Source: Halocafeteria seosinensis (Eukaryota). Taken from it: a stretch of DNA of 64,000 bases. Positions 1-15,688 of this stretch are shown here, piece by piece. The stretch covers positions 124,001 to 188,000 of the forward strand of contig LVLI01000156.1 in NCBI GenBank assembly GCA_001687465.1. The letters run 5' to 3'. Position 1 is the stretch's first letter; each line of letters starts with the position of its first letter. The position numbers and the translations under genes are program-made. The notes beneath the pieces were generated by a model. It did no database searches, had not been told where the DNA came from, and was given only the letters and a program-made list of their open reading frames with translations.

Positions 1-162
1 TGAATTGAATTTTCGCTAGCTCTGCTGCACAGATTTTGCGCGGTGGCACCTGCTTTCTATCCCGTGCTTGCGAGTCTTTCGTAATTATGTATGCATAACG
101 TTGATCCATGTTTGTAGCGTTCCGACGTTGTATAGTTGAGAAATCTCTCCACGTGGAGCGCT

Positions 163-729
163 CTATTTTCTTTTTAGCTTTTCTTCAAGCTCAATTTTTT
201 CGTAGAGAAGTTGGCGGTATCTATACACAACGATCCAACAAGTGAAGGCGAATCCCGCTATCCATGCATTTCGTTCAGCTCTCCACTTCTTTGGCAACAT
301 TTCATCAGCGCGAACCGTCGCGGTATGTTTGAGTTCAGAATACTCTCTCATTCTCGTGTGAGCGGTATACACGCTCTCCAGGAAGGTCACTGACGCTATA
401 CCAAATACCAATGAGATCAGGGGGAAGGAAAATGAACCAATAGACACTCTGCATACAACAGAATCAACCGAAATACCCCTAGGTTGAAGCTGCTGCCAAG
501 CTAGAGCGACACTTACGTAAAGAAGAGCGTATAGTCACAAAACTTTAACGTCACTCTTCGAACCACTGCAGGCATGGGCAGTACCAGTATCCCCACGAGT
601 ATGATGGCCGGCTGTAACCATGTGAAAAGTCCAACCAAAAATTACCCTCTCAGCAACCAGTGAGAAGTGTAAAACAGCAGCAACCCTTACCACAAAGATG
701 ATCCAGGCAAAGAAGTTGAAATAACTCAT
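163..729 (-). CDS. BAP29/BAP31-family ER membrane protein (short form, 3 exons, ~139 aa)
   Basis: Splicing two GT-AG introns gives MSYFNFFAWIIFVPAIILVGILVLPMP...KWRAERNAWIAGFAFTCWIVVYR...EEKLKRK. This resembles the BAP31 'RAQRNLYIAGF' motif, has three hydrophobic segments and ends in a KxKxx ER-retrieval-like signal. Confidence 0.75.
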
Positions 730-863
730 TTTTAATTTCCTTCTTTTTATTTTGTAGATGAAAGTAAATCGTAAATAGAATTGTATTCAAGAAGGTCTGT
801 TCGATTCGGGGAAAAGTCACAACTCAAACTATGTATACCAACTACAACTCCGAATGCGAGTTA

Positions 864-3641
<2,778 letters not shown>

Positions 3642-4059
3642 CTTTCGTTAATACTCTCAAAATAAGGAGAAAATCGGGTCGCTTGGCTTTCCCAGACAAG
3701 GATTTGAAACAGGAGACCAATCCACGTCTATTTACCAGCACAATTGTTTTGTATCAAAGTGCACGAGTGAGTGTACACTATCAGTGGTAGTCTTTGCGTA
3801 ATACCACCAAGACGAACCTGTTTACAATGACTGTAGTTTGCCCTGGGAAGGGTCGGGAAGATTCAAAACACTGGGAATTGTTTTGAAATATGGCGCGCGC
3901 GCCTTTCGCCGGTTGTAGACGAGCGTCGGCGACTCAGCCCGTTGTAGACACAGGTTTGCACCAGCCGACAAAATTACAATACGAGAGATAAACAGAGTTA
4001 CCAGGATTGTATAATTGATAAATGTACTAGATACGCTTACACTAGTAGACTACAAGTAT

Positions 4060-7000
4060 CTAATAGGTCTGGTAGTCCAAGCGAATCTTCCGCATGACTT
4101 CCTCCAATTTGGCCCGATAGTCGATGTGTCCATTTACAATCTGCGGTGCGCAAGAGGAAAATAATGCAACATGCCACCACCGAATGAGATCACTCATTGT
4201 CCTTACCGAAGAAACATTTATATTCTCCACCCCTCGAAACCATGTTGTGGACACTGGAGCCTGCTTAGCCTTCTTGTTCTCCAGCAACGATCCAGATACC
4301 TCCGTTGTTTTGGAAGTAACAGCTTCAAACCGCTTGTTGACATACTTTTGTCCTGAACGCACATTTTCTACCACCGCATGAGCCGAGAAATATGACCCAT
4401 CGTCGTCCGTTGATGCGGCGGCAGCAGCGTGACCACCAGTGCTTGACTTGGCCCTGTTAGCTGTTTCCGTTTGAAGGGCTTTTTCCGATCCTGTTGTGTT
4501 TTGATGTTCATTAGCGGGGTAACTGGATCCAGCTTCTTCGCATACCGGCAGCTCGACAGTAGCGTCCGCTGCTGAGCTGCTTGCTCCATGGGTAGTGGTA
4601 GTGCTCTCTTTGGAGTTTTCGTCTGTGGCTATATTATCCTGAACCTCCAGCTCTTCTCCACGCGCTGCAGCTTCAGCAAGTTCAGGATTGTCAGTTACTC
4701 CAACAGGACCAACCTGCGTCGCAACACGTAGCAGAGTAAACCAGTGTGATAGGGAAGCCGTGAGGAGATTTCCTTACCCCAGCGACATGCCAAGCCAAGT
4801 TAGATGCGCGGTACATATAGCGGAGCACGAAGTCGTTAACGCAGTAGCAATTGACTAGTCTTCCCGCAACTATTTCCCTAACTCTCATCCATCGCTCGGG
4901 AGCTGCGCTTACGGGAGCTCCCAAAAGGATTACTGCACGAAAACACAGAAAGATTCATTATTACAAGCCAGGAAGAGAACGCCACTTTTTCCTGTCGTAC
5001 CATCGTATACAACAGAATGAATATAGTCGGATGCCGCTTCGGTTGCGCCCTCCTTTTCATGGGCTCGCCGCCATAGTTCTTCAAGACACTCAAATATCAC
5101 TCTGGCACCCATGGAGTAGCCGATGAGAGTAACCGGACGATTTCCTTGGGCCTTTTCCTGCAAAAGAACAGAATATTCTTCAGCACTGACACATACTACT
5201 TGTGTCATGCATCCCGTACCTCCAATGTGTCAGCAAGAGCAGCCCCAGCCTTTTCAGCTCGATCAATTGCCATACTCCAAGTGCTGTCGATAAAGCCCAA
5301 AAGATCTATGGCTTTGGAAGGTAGTTGCCTGCAAGAATATCGTCTTGGTGAGGCATCATAGGCTGGTAAAGCAACAGATATTGGTTCTTACCAAGCAGCC
5401 ATAAGAGTGTTTATGACGGTGTACTTAAGAATTTGCTTCTTCATTTTACCCACGAAAAACTTGTGGACAAACCGTGAAACGTCATCACCAAGCTGCTGAA
5501 GTACCTCCGGTTCCCACTTCAGGCTGTATATCTCTCCATACGGGATCATTCGCCGGAACCATCCCCTTGAACTCTTGATTTCGGGAACTGTGTCCGGCAC
5601 ATCCTCCGCATCATCATCCTCGTCCTCCTGTGCCTTATCCTCCTCACGGGTAAGGGTGCTCTCCTTCGCCCCAGCAGCATACTCCCCGTTCTTCTTAGTG
5701 GAGCCGCTTTCATCCATTCCCAGTGTCGAACTGATGCTAGAAGACGCCTGATTGATTACATCCGGTGAAGAGTTCCCCTTACCACCCCACACACGCTCGT
5801 AATCTTCCGTATCGTCCCCCAAAAGAAGACCAGTAATGCTGCAGACATAGTAACTACATGTATGCAGAGACACATGTGAGGCTTCAAAGACGATTCAGCC
5901 ATTCGTACCATATAAATACGTGCATGCCAGCCGCCGATGTTGCTGCTTTCGTCGCTTCATCTTCTGAGCCGTCCCCTTCCTGTTCAGATGTCTTCTGGGC
6001 GGAGGAGCCTTTCTCGTCCTTACCCCATATTTTGTCCGGTACCATTTTCTTGAACCATGACTTTCCTTGAGAAGAATCCTTTTTCTTTTCCTGTGCCTTT
6101 TGGGCCGACTCAGCGGCTGCCTTACTTACATCACCGTGGAGGTCACGAGGATCCGCAGATAGCCGTTTGAACGTAAACACTTCTAACCCGTGGGTCCTAC
6201 GGGCCATTTTCTTTCCCGCAAGCGTAGAACCTCCAGCTCCAAAAATACTTAAGAGGAGTGCACCTCCTCCAGCTGATGAAAAGAACGCTACAGAAGCACC
6301 GGTTGCTGCCGCTACACCGCCACCAATTGCGCCTCCCTGTAACAAATCAACGCGCTCAATCGAGAAGCAGGTGGCACTTTGCTAGTTATGAACCCAAACT
6401 TACCATTGCCCCCATGCCGGCGATCAACGCCGGCGCAGCAAGCCCTCCTGTCACTACGAGCAGGCCACCACCGACTATACTTGCAAGTCCAACCTTCCAC
6501 CACCTTCCAGAACTTTCTCTGCAGACACAAACAATGAGAAACAGAACGGAGGTATTGTGCTTTGACCTCCACCAATCGATGTAGCGACCCAACCTACTTC
6601 TTGTCGCTCTTTTGAGAGAGAACCGCAGATGTAATTCGCATGATAAGCGCATCCTCAGCTTGACCTGGGGAGCGGAAGGACTCTGATGGATGCATGTTCT
6701 TATCCCCATTAAAACTTCAACTTACCTACGGCAATATCTGGCAGCCCCAGTATCATTGCTAGGCGTTTTACCAAGGAGCGCATTCTCGCGTCATACCGCT
6801 GCAGTTTCAAGTTGGTGACGGTTGCTCAAGACGTCAACGCCTGTGCTGAACATTCGCTTACTTCTTCACCGATACATCGGACAATTGTAGCCAGTAGGAG
6901 TTGAGCCCGTTCTTTCTTATCAGGCAAGGAATCCAGGAAAGGACAGTCCTTTCGCAGATCCGTGAGCGTTTGCGGTGCATTTTCACGTTTCCCGGTCTCA

Positions 7001-7359
7001 GAGTTGTAGGACGGTGGGTCCCCTAGCATCGGTTCCAGGGCCAGATACTTTTCCTCAGGGATATGGAAGACCTCCTTAACCAAGCTCGGAAGTCCTTTTT
7101 GACTGGCCCACGTATGCAATGCTGAGGTTGGCATTGTAGCCGCGGCCAAGAACGCAGTTCCTGCCAAAGCTTGTTTCTTCGCGGCCGGGACTGATTTTTT
7201 GAAATCGATATGGCGTCCAATGACGTCAATCTCGGAAATGGTCAGCAGAATCTGTTGTGCAGCTTGCTTTCTCTCTTCTTCCATGGCGGCAGGAGAGAGA
7301 GGCTCCACATCGTCCCCAGACGACGCCTGATCGTGCGCTGACTGTTCTGCCGCCGCCAT
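4060..7359 (-). CDS. DUF726 / TMCO4 (Mil1-like) alpha/beta-hydrolase-like membrane protein, multi-exon
   Basis: [78 protein letters not shown] (GxSxG) and NGHIDY occur in the order typical of DUF726. Confidence 0.85.
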
Positions 7360-7699
7360 TACCTACACGAATTGGACTTTTTCTTCCCACGAACGTAAAG
7401 ATAATGAAGAAGATAAGTGGTTATCGGCAGTGTGTCAAAATTCTGAAAAAAGAGCTGCATGCTGTGATGGACAATTTATGCAGCAGTGAAGATACGGAAA
7501 TGGTTGAATTCAACCTTGCAACTTCAAGTGGTGCAACCAAACAACACGTTGCATGACATGACCCCTGGGCCATAGGTGACGTGAGAATCGTGAGCTGTCC
7601 TTATTTAATTTGACACAACATAACATGATAATGCTGGAGTCAGCAGCTCTACAATCTGGTGAATGGAAGCAACATCGTGACTGCTGCATCTTTGGTGGC

Positions 7700-9297
7700 T
7701 TAGTTTTTGCTGGGAGCCCACCGCTCGAGCAGCATGGCATGCCCTTGACCCCCAGCAGCACACGCGGTGACCAGGGACAAACCACTGTCCTCCCGAGCCA
7801 TCCTGTTGGCAGCGGTGGTAACCAAACGCGTCCCGGTTGCTCCAAAGGGATGGCCGAGGGACAGTGAACCTCCTAGCGTGTTAATCTTCTCATACGGCAT
7901 CTCTCCTAGTTTCTTGTCAAAACCAGCACTTTCTTTGGCGAACGTGTCACTATTCATTGCAGCTAGATTAGCAAGAACCTGCGAAAGATAGTATAGCGGG
8001 TTGTCAGCTAGCTGTAAAGAAAGAGAGTTCATGATCCATCGCTACCTAGTACACTTACCTGTCCTGCAAAAGCCTCATGAACCTCATAGACCCCGATGTC
8101 ATTGAATGTAAGCCCATGTCTATTAAGCAGCTTGTACGTCGAATAGGCTGGTCCCAAAAGCAACTCATCCTTCGGATCTTGGGCCACAAATAGCCAATCC
8201 TTGAGGACGGCCTTAGGGGTATACCCCATTGCCAAAGCTTTGTCCTCCCGCATCAACAAGCACGCAGACGCCCCATCAGTTAGGTAGCTTGAGTTGGCAG
8301 CGGTGTGAGTCCCGTGAGGTTTCACGAACGCAGGTTTCAGTTCAGACAACCTCTCTCGCGTTTGGTCACCTCGGACGCCGTTGTCAAGAGTATTGCCGTC
8401 AACAGGAACAATTTCACCCTCTAGTAGTCCGTCTTCATGAGCCTTGGCAGCATTCTTGTGAGATCGATATGCAAAGTCGTCCTGATCTTCCCTCGAAATC
8501 CCAAATCGAGCAGCCAGACGGTCACTGCTGTGGCCCATAACTTCACCCGAAGAAAATTCAGCAATAGCTGGAGCTTCGGGAACGAACATGTTGAGTTTCA
8601 ACCCCTTGAAGAACTTCATGTAATCTTTCATTCCCTTGTACTTTTGAGCGTCAATCATCTTCCGCCTCATCGCTTTTGGGAACCGAATAGGGACGTCAGA
8701 CATGGTTTCGGCTCCTCCCGCGATAATTGTGTCAGCGTGTCCACTAAGGATCATTTGTGCCCCGGATGCCATGGCTTGGTTAGCTGAGATGCACGCTTGC
8801 GTCACTGTGTTCGCAGGTGTGTGCTGTGACACACCCGCAGCAAGTGCACACTCCCTAGCCAAATTGCTTGTTTTCACTGCACCAACGCAGGCATACATGT
8901 AATGCATACATACACAGGAAACACTCCGGAAATTTGCGCGGAAAGACTTACCTTCCTGGATGACAGTTCCGTAGAAGACATGATCAGCAGCATCTCTTGG
9001 CAGCGCAGTCCTTGTAAGCAGTCCTTGGATGGCCATCCGTCCCAAATCGAAGGCAATATAATCCTTGTATGCCGTGTTAGATTGCAAAAAGGGAATACGG
9101 CATCCATCTACCAAAACCACCCGGTTTTGGCTCCCAGAGCCTGCTTTCTCCTGAGGTCCCTTGTCCGCCGAAGGCGCTGGTCCAGCGCCAGAGGATTTCG
9201 CCCTTTTTTTAGAAGCATTAGCTGCAAAGCCACGCACAGCAACAAGATTAGAGGGGGCTTTATGTCCCAATAAACGTCGAGCACTGGAAGTCAACAT
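7700..9297 (-). CDS. HADHB: Mitochondrial trifunctional enzyme beta subunit (3-ketoacyl-CoA thiolase)
   Basis: Arg/Ser-rich presequence (MLTSSARRLLG...), catalytic TVTQACISANQA, and the TFE-beta fingerprints HEAF, GHPFGATG and CAAGG. Introns at 8877-8951 and about 7979-8058. Confidence 0.9.
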
Positions 9298-9762
9298 CTT
9301 CAAGATATTGACAGGGAATTTCGATCGTATTTCTTGTCAAACGAACAATGATGTAATGCACGCCACTGTAATAAGAGGTTGCTCACGCTTCTCAACTCAC
9401 GCAAGACTATGATGCTGGTATGTCACACTCCTTCTTCGCGCCGCGGCAGGCTGAGGCTGGTTGGGACCGATCCCTATCCCCAGCAGCAGGCCGATCCCCC
9501 CGGGCCAGGATCAAAGACACTGTTGTGTAGTCTAAATGCATTATATACACATGTAAGCGATGATGCACGGTATGCTTACGACTATAACCTTATGTCCTAT
9601 GAAATAACTACCAGTAGTGTGTGGTTGTACCCCTCCCGGCAACCTAGCGTTGGCCAGTTTACACGTTCAAACAACCCCGTTTGAAATTTGAATCAACCAA
9701 CAGTGTCGTTTACCGTGAATGAATACACATAGGAGTATCAATCAGGTACCCCTGGATCAACA

Positions 9763-12246
9763 ATGTCATCTGTCTGTACGAGTAACCAAGAAAATACCAG
9801 AGAAGAGAATTCCGGGGCCGTAATCATTGAGGAGGAAGACGAATTTGAGCAGTTTGAGGATTGTCCCGAAGACGAAGTAGCAGATGATGGAAATTTCAGA
9901 GAAGTCACTAATCATGAAGAACTGCGCCGACTGCGCCATTGGGTTTGGAGATATTTTATTCCACTCGGGAAAAAGAAGAAGCGCTACAAGTTCGCTCGTT
10001 GCATTGCTTGCAGTCGTTCTATCAGGAAGGACCTGGCCCGTAAGCATAAGCTTAAAAAGCAACAGGAGTTTGATGTACCGGCAAGAACGGAAAGAAATAT
10101 GCCAGATCACCTCAGGAATTGTCCCAAGCTAACAGTTGACGAGCGTCGAGCAGTCGTTGGCAATTCTGCTCGAGACGTCGGCAAGAAGAGAAAGTTAGAG
10201 GTCGACGTACGAGAAACGCAAGGGTCTGCCTTTCGACAGGCTGGAGTCGATAGTTACTTCAGGAAGTACTCAGAGAAGTTTCCAACCTCTGTGAACGAAA
10301 GTATAGACGCATCCTTAGCTCGACTGGTTATCGAAGGGAATGTCTCCTTCAGAACAATCGAAAAAGACTGCTTCCACCAGTTTGCGAAATTGATGTGTCC
10401 AAGTTATTCAGTACCGTCTCGTTACACATTCTGTACTACTATTACTGCGCGGGAATACGGAAAAGTGGAGGAGTCTCTGTACAAGCTGATAGATGAAAAC
10501 TGTAATGGGTTTACCTTATTGCTAGATGGCTGGTCCGATAAGCTGAGAAGAGCCTTGTACGGATATGTGTTTGCGCAGCGGGGACAGACACCGATCGTTC
10601 TCGATCTTCAGAGCCACTCTTCAGAGTCATGTACGGCTGAATACCTGAAGACAACGACAAAATCACTTTTAGAAAGGTACGTGGACGACAACCTGATGAA
10701 AGTGAGCGCACTCGTAACGGACAGCCCAAGTGTGACCCGGATTCTGCGGAGGGAAATGAAAGCAGATTACCCGCACTTAATCGTCCTACCATGCGTATTG
10801 CATGCATTGAATCTTGTTGTCAAAAGCATCATGCTCGATGATTTGGCCAAGAGGGCCCTCGCAAACGCGTGTACGCTTACAGCAACGTTTCGGAATAGCC
10901 ATGCTCTAAATCACTCGATAAGAACATACTGCAGGAAACACAATCTTCCAATGCTGCAGCCTTACTGCCAAACACGATGGACTTCTTTGGTGAAGACATG
11001 TGCCGCTGTTGCCAATTTAGGAGAAGCATTCAAAAGAGCTGCCAAAGGTCCGGAAGGGAGACATATGTCGCGTGAAATCCAGAAACTCTGTAAGAATGGT
11101 GAAGCACTGGAGGAGATCGAGCTGTTGTGCAAAGGCGTTCGGCCTATTTCCGATGCGATATGCAGACTCCAAAGTCGCGAAACTTCGTTAGCCGACTGCC
11201 AGATAGAGCTTCTAAGGATTGGATATGATCTACAAGAAATTTGTGATGAAGACACTGGCATCGATACTGATGACTTCATTCAGTTCAAGAAGCACTTGGT
11301 CGATGCTTTTAATGTGCGCTACCGAGAATATGGCGACCCTCTCTACGTTGTCGCGTTGTCGCTCCATCCATACTGTTCCACTCTGGCAACGTCCGGTAAA
11401 ATGACGACGAGAGATATAGGCTTGGAGCTGAACCGAATCGCAAGGCGTTGCAAACTTGTCGAAGGGGAGAAGTCATCCATGAGGCTGTTAAAAGAATACA
11501 TGAAATTTGTGGACCGCACAGAGGCTTATAAGTCTAGAATGCATGAAAAGGATCCCATAAGGTGGTGGAAGAACACTGATCCTGAAAACAACGAACTGAA
11601 AAAGGTTGCCCTCCGGATTCTCTCGATTTGCCCTGGATCAGGAGATGTAGAACGCCTATTCTCAAGTTTGGCCGCGGCAAAAACGAAGATGAGAAGTGGT
11701 CTTAGCGTGAGCACAATGGCGAAAGTGGCGAAAATGAAGACATATTACCAGGCTGAGACCTCAGACCGCATAAAGTCGCCATCCTCCAAAACTTACTCGT
11801 GTATACGGATTCACAAAAGTTCAGAACTGGGGGGGCTAAACCTTCCTTCTGAGGACTATGATCTGGACACAGTAGGGGAGGTAGAAGCAGCTAGCTTGGC
11901 AGATTTTGAAGATTTTGTAGAGGAGGGAGACACTGTGAAAGTGGCTGAGGTAGATGTCGACTACTCCGGGTTCTTTGAGGGTGCAGAAGTGCCTTCTTAT
12001 TCGCTTGCTGACCTTCGTGCGGAGCTGGCAAGGTTCGATTTTCCTCTTGAGAACAGGGTCGAAATATTGCAAGACTTCAAAATAGAAGAGGACCCTGTCC
12101 ATCGTTCTGTTGTCATCGGCTTACCACGTGAGCATGCTGCCATCCCTGTACAGCCTGCCAAAGAACACAACAAAGAGCGGGAAGAAGAAGAGGAGGACGA
12201 AGACTATGACGAATCTAAGCTCATGGATGATCTCGGTTTTGAATAG
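9763..12246 (+). mobile_element. hAT-superfamily DNA transposon: intact, intronless 827-aa transposase ORF
   Basis: BED-like zinc finger (VWRYF...CIAC...HLRNC), catalytic D (LLLDGWSD), D (VTDSPS), CxxH (CVLH), TRW, and hATC dimerisation region WWK...LALRILSICPGSGDVERLFS carrying the catalytic E. Element ends were not firmly defined. Confidence 0.9.
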
Positions 12247-12817
12247 ACGGTATAGAACGCCCATTAGTTTTACTATCATAGTATTCAATTCAGCAATACT
12301 ACACTTTCAGCAGCAATTCTACTCGAAGTCCTACAAGCACATCGTATCTAGGGCGCGTAGGACCAAGGGGTGATGTCGTCCCATCCCAGGGGTGGGACAG
12401 GAAATAAGACCGCGGTTGGTTTTGCACGGACGTGGTTCAATGGCCACGAATACTCCAACAACAGAACCCATTCACCCCCGAAAGTGTACTCATCCATCCG
12501 GTCTGGAAGTCGCTCGTATCTTCGCTATGTGGATCGTTTGCCTCACGTCAGGAATGGTTGGCGCAGCCAAGACCCGTGTGCCGAATCCAGTATACCTTCT
12601 TATTTTCGCACGGAGAGACGATTTTAACGCTTCGACACGGTCTGCGTGAATGACTACAAGGTCCTCGTGGACCATATCACGTGTCTGCTCCGTTTGCGAA
12701 CGATTAGTCTGTGAAGGTCAGAAGCCGAGTCAACGTGAGCGCTACGGTGTCTCTATTATAGGTCTTGATAGCAATATACGTAGAATAGTACCCGCGGTTA
12801 TATTTCAGCGGATCGTC

Positions 12818-15633
12818 ATGCGCAGCCTTGTGCAGCGGGTACTACCACACAAATCATGGCGTACATGGTCTGTCCTTCAGCCAGGCTCACGCGTTGTGAA
12901 GCGAGCTCTAACCTCCATTAATGGTCGCTATATATCAAGTTCCTCCCATGTCAGTGGCGCTAAGAAGTCGGGCACCAGTACATCACCGTCTGCTACTTCA
13001 AAGAAGAATGCCGCGGCGAATGAGATCGATAAGGAGCTGAAAACGTTGAGAAACATTGGAATTCTGGCCCACGTCGATGCTGGCAAGACCACCACGACAG
13101 AGAGAATGTTGTTTTATTCGGGAGCGACTTCTACAATAGGAGAAGTTCATGATGGGGATACGGTCACAGACTTTATGTCCCAAGAAAGGGAGCGAGGAAT
13201 TACTATACAGTCGGCAGCAGTGAGCTATGCCTGGAAGGGCCACCACATTAACTTAATTGACACACCGGGGCATGTGGACTTTACGATAGAGGTGGAAGTA
13301 AGGAATTTGGGTGCAATTCATGCTGCAAGTTTGTTATTCATTTCTTTGAAATGCAGCGCTCCATACGAGTACTAGACGGTGTGGTCATACTGCTGGATGG
13401 AGTAGCTGGGGTACAGGCACAAAGTGAGACTGTCTGGCACCAGGCCGAAGGTTACCGAGTGCCCCGTTTGATTTTTGTAAATAAAATGGATCGTCCTGGA
13501 GCCTCGTTTGATTCTGTGCTCAGCTCCATTCACAAAAAGTTGAATGTGGCGACGATACCGATTCATTATCCCGGTAAGCAATCTCTGTAGTTAGTGGCGG
13601 TAGACTGCCGATGCACGGTGCTCAAATGCAGTAGGGGAGTGGGAAGATTTCCGAGGAGTGGTAGACTTATTAGACCTAAACCTTGTTAATTTTTCCCAAA
13701 GAGGCGAAGAGGTAACACGAACTCCTCTGAAGGAATGTAAAGATGACAGCGTCCACGAGAGTCTTGATGAAATACTATCAGCAAGAGAGCGTATGGTGAG
13801 TGAGTTTAGGCTCGTTTCCTCCTTAAATGATCCCCCGTCGAGGTGAAGTACTTGGTATCGCAGCTGGAACAATTATCTGAGTATGATGAACAAGTCGCCG
13901 AGAACCTGTTGATGGCTATGGAAGAAACGGACGCTTCTTCTTCAGAGGGCTACGTGCATGCGAGTGGTCTTGGACCAACAGACCTCCGGGAAGCTCTTCG
14001 AAGAGTCACTTTGTCTCCGGACAAGCGCACCGTCGTGGTGTTATGCGGTAGTGCTTACAAAAATATTTCTGTGCAGTTACTCATGGATTCCATCGTCGAT
14101 TTTCTCCCTTCTCCCGTGGAAATTCCACCTTTTGAGGCGACAGACGTCAAGAAGAATGAAAATATGGTAATCAAGCCTTCTTCTGCAGCACCATTGTGTG
14201 CATTTGCTTTCAAGATTGCGAACCACAAGACTCGTGGACCTCTAGTGTTATTTCGTGTTTACTCGGGGATTATGAACAGTCGGCAACCGCTGTTAAACAC
14301 GACACAACAAGTAGAAGAAAGACCCAACCGGTTACTCCAACTTTTTGCGGACGATACCCGGGAAGTTGATTTCGTACCCGCGGGGCATATTGGTGCTGCT
14401 GTAGGATTGAAGAAGGCTAAGACTGGAGACACATTATGTGTTAAAGGGGACCCTCATCCCCTGAGGCTAGGTGGTCTTAACATTCCTCAGCCGGTATTCA
14501 CCGCGTCCTTAGAAACGGATACCGTGTCGCAGCAGAAGGAGCTTGAAGAGGCCTTAGATGTAAGCGTATTGATGCTGTGAGTTAGTTTGCGAAATTGACA
14601 TTTCTTATTTAAACACGATTCAGATACTGTTGCGAGAAGACCCTTCACTTACTCTGAGACATGATGAAGAAACACCTGGTAAGACCAAACGAAATCTTCC
14701 GACACCACATTGAGGGACTTATTCTGCGTACTTCGCTGTGTGAACTAACAGGAGGGCAAACTCTTCTGAGTGGGATGGGCGAGCTCCACTTAGAAGTTAG
14801 TGTGGAACGACTTCGCCGAGACTTCAATGTTGAGGTCTCGATGGGGAGAATGATGGTAGCGTATCAAGAAAAGCCGCGGAGAAGTTCAACAGCAACCTAC
14901 ATACACGATAAGTCATTTGAAGGAAAGTCGTCGTTTGCAAGAGTAGGCGTAGAATTGGAGCCTGCGGTGGATACTGGAAAATGCAAACTCGAGTGTGAAA
15001 ATGGTTCGGATGGTATCCAACTATTGCATGCTTCGTCAAAAGCAGAAGCGATGTCTGATCCTCAGGGCGGAAAGCTCAAACGATTGTCCCATGAGTTGTT
15101 CGACGCAGTTCGCAATACCGTGGCAACTTCGTTCGGTAAAGGACCTATCCTAGGGAACCAGCTTATGGGTGCGTATGAATACTGTCGCCGTAAATATTTC
15201 TTGCTATTCAACAGTGTACATGAACTATGCAGGCTGCAAAGTGCGTTTAGTCCCTGAAGAATGTGCTATCACTTCAGAATCTTCTCCGGCTGCAATACGG
15301 GCAGCAACTGCTCACGCTATCAATAGGGCACTTAAAGACGCAGATGTAGCTCTGATGGAACCGGTAATGAGTTTGGAGATTCAAGTGAACGAAAACTACG
15401 TGGGTTCTGTGTTAAACGACTTGTCTTCTGCTCGCCGCGGGCAGGTGAAAGAGGTTATCGGAACATCCGCGAAAACTATCATTTACGCAACTGCCCCTTT
15501 GCGTGAACTTGTTGGTTATGCTACTATTCTTCGCTCAATGACTGCTGGCGATGGCGTATTCACCATGGAGTTTGAGGAGTATCAGGAGGTGACTCCTGAC
15601 ATTCAGCAACAGATACTAGACGAAAGCTTCTAA
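12818..15633 (+). CDS. GFM2: Mitochondrial ribosome-releasing factor 2 / EF-G2 (7 exons)
   Basis: Presequence, then [43 protein letters not shown] and LMEPVM. EF-G2-like [11 protein letters not shown] is present and the EF-G1 'DVDS' loop in domain IV is absent. Confidence 0.85.
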
Positions 15634-15688
15634 TACAAAAGCGGATATTTTAAAATTCAAAAGCAATTTCTTTCTTTATTGTCTCTTA

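Noticed and set aside
7700..7712. C-terminal SKN of HADHB as a PTS1 for dual targeting
   Set aside because: Asn is not an accepted terminal PTS1 residue, and the protein has a mitochondrial presequence.
9441..12415. CCGCGG on both sides of the transposase as a target-site duplication
   Set aside because: It is only 6 bp and palindromic (hAT TSDs are 8 bp) and does not abut matching TIRs.
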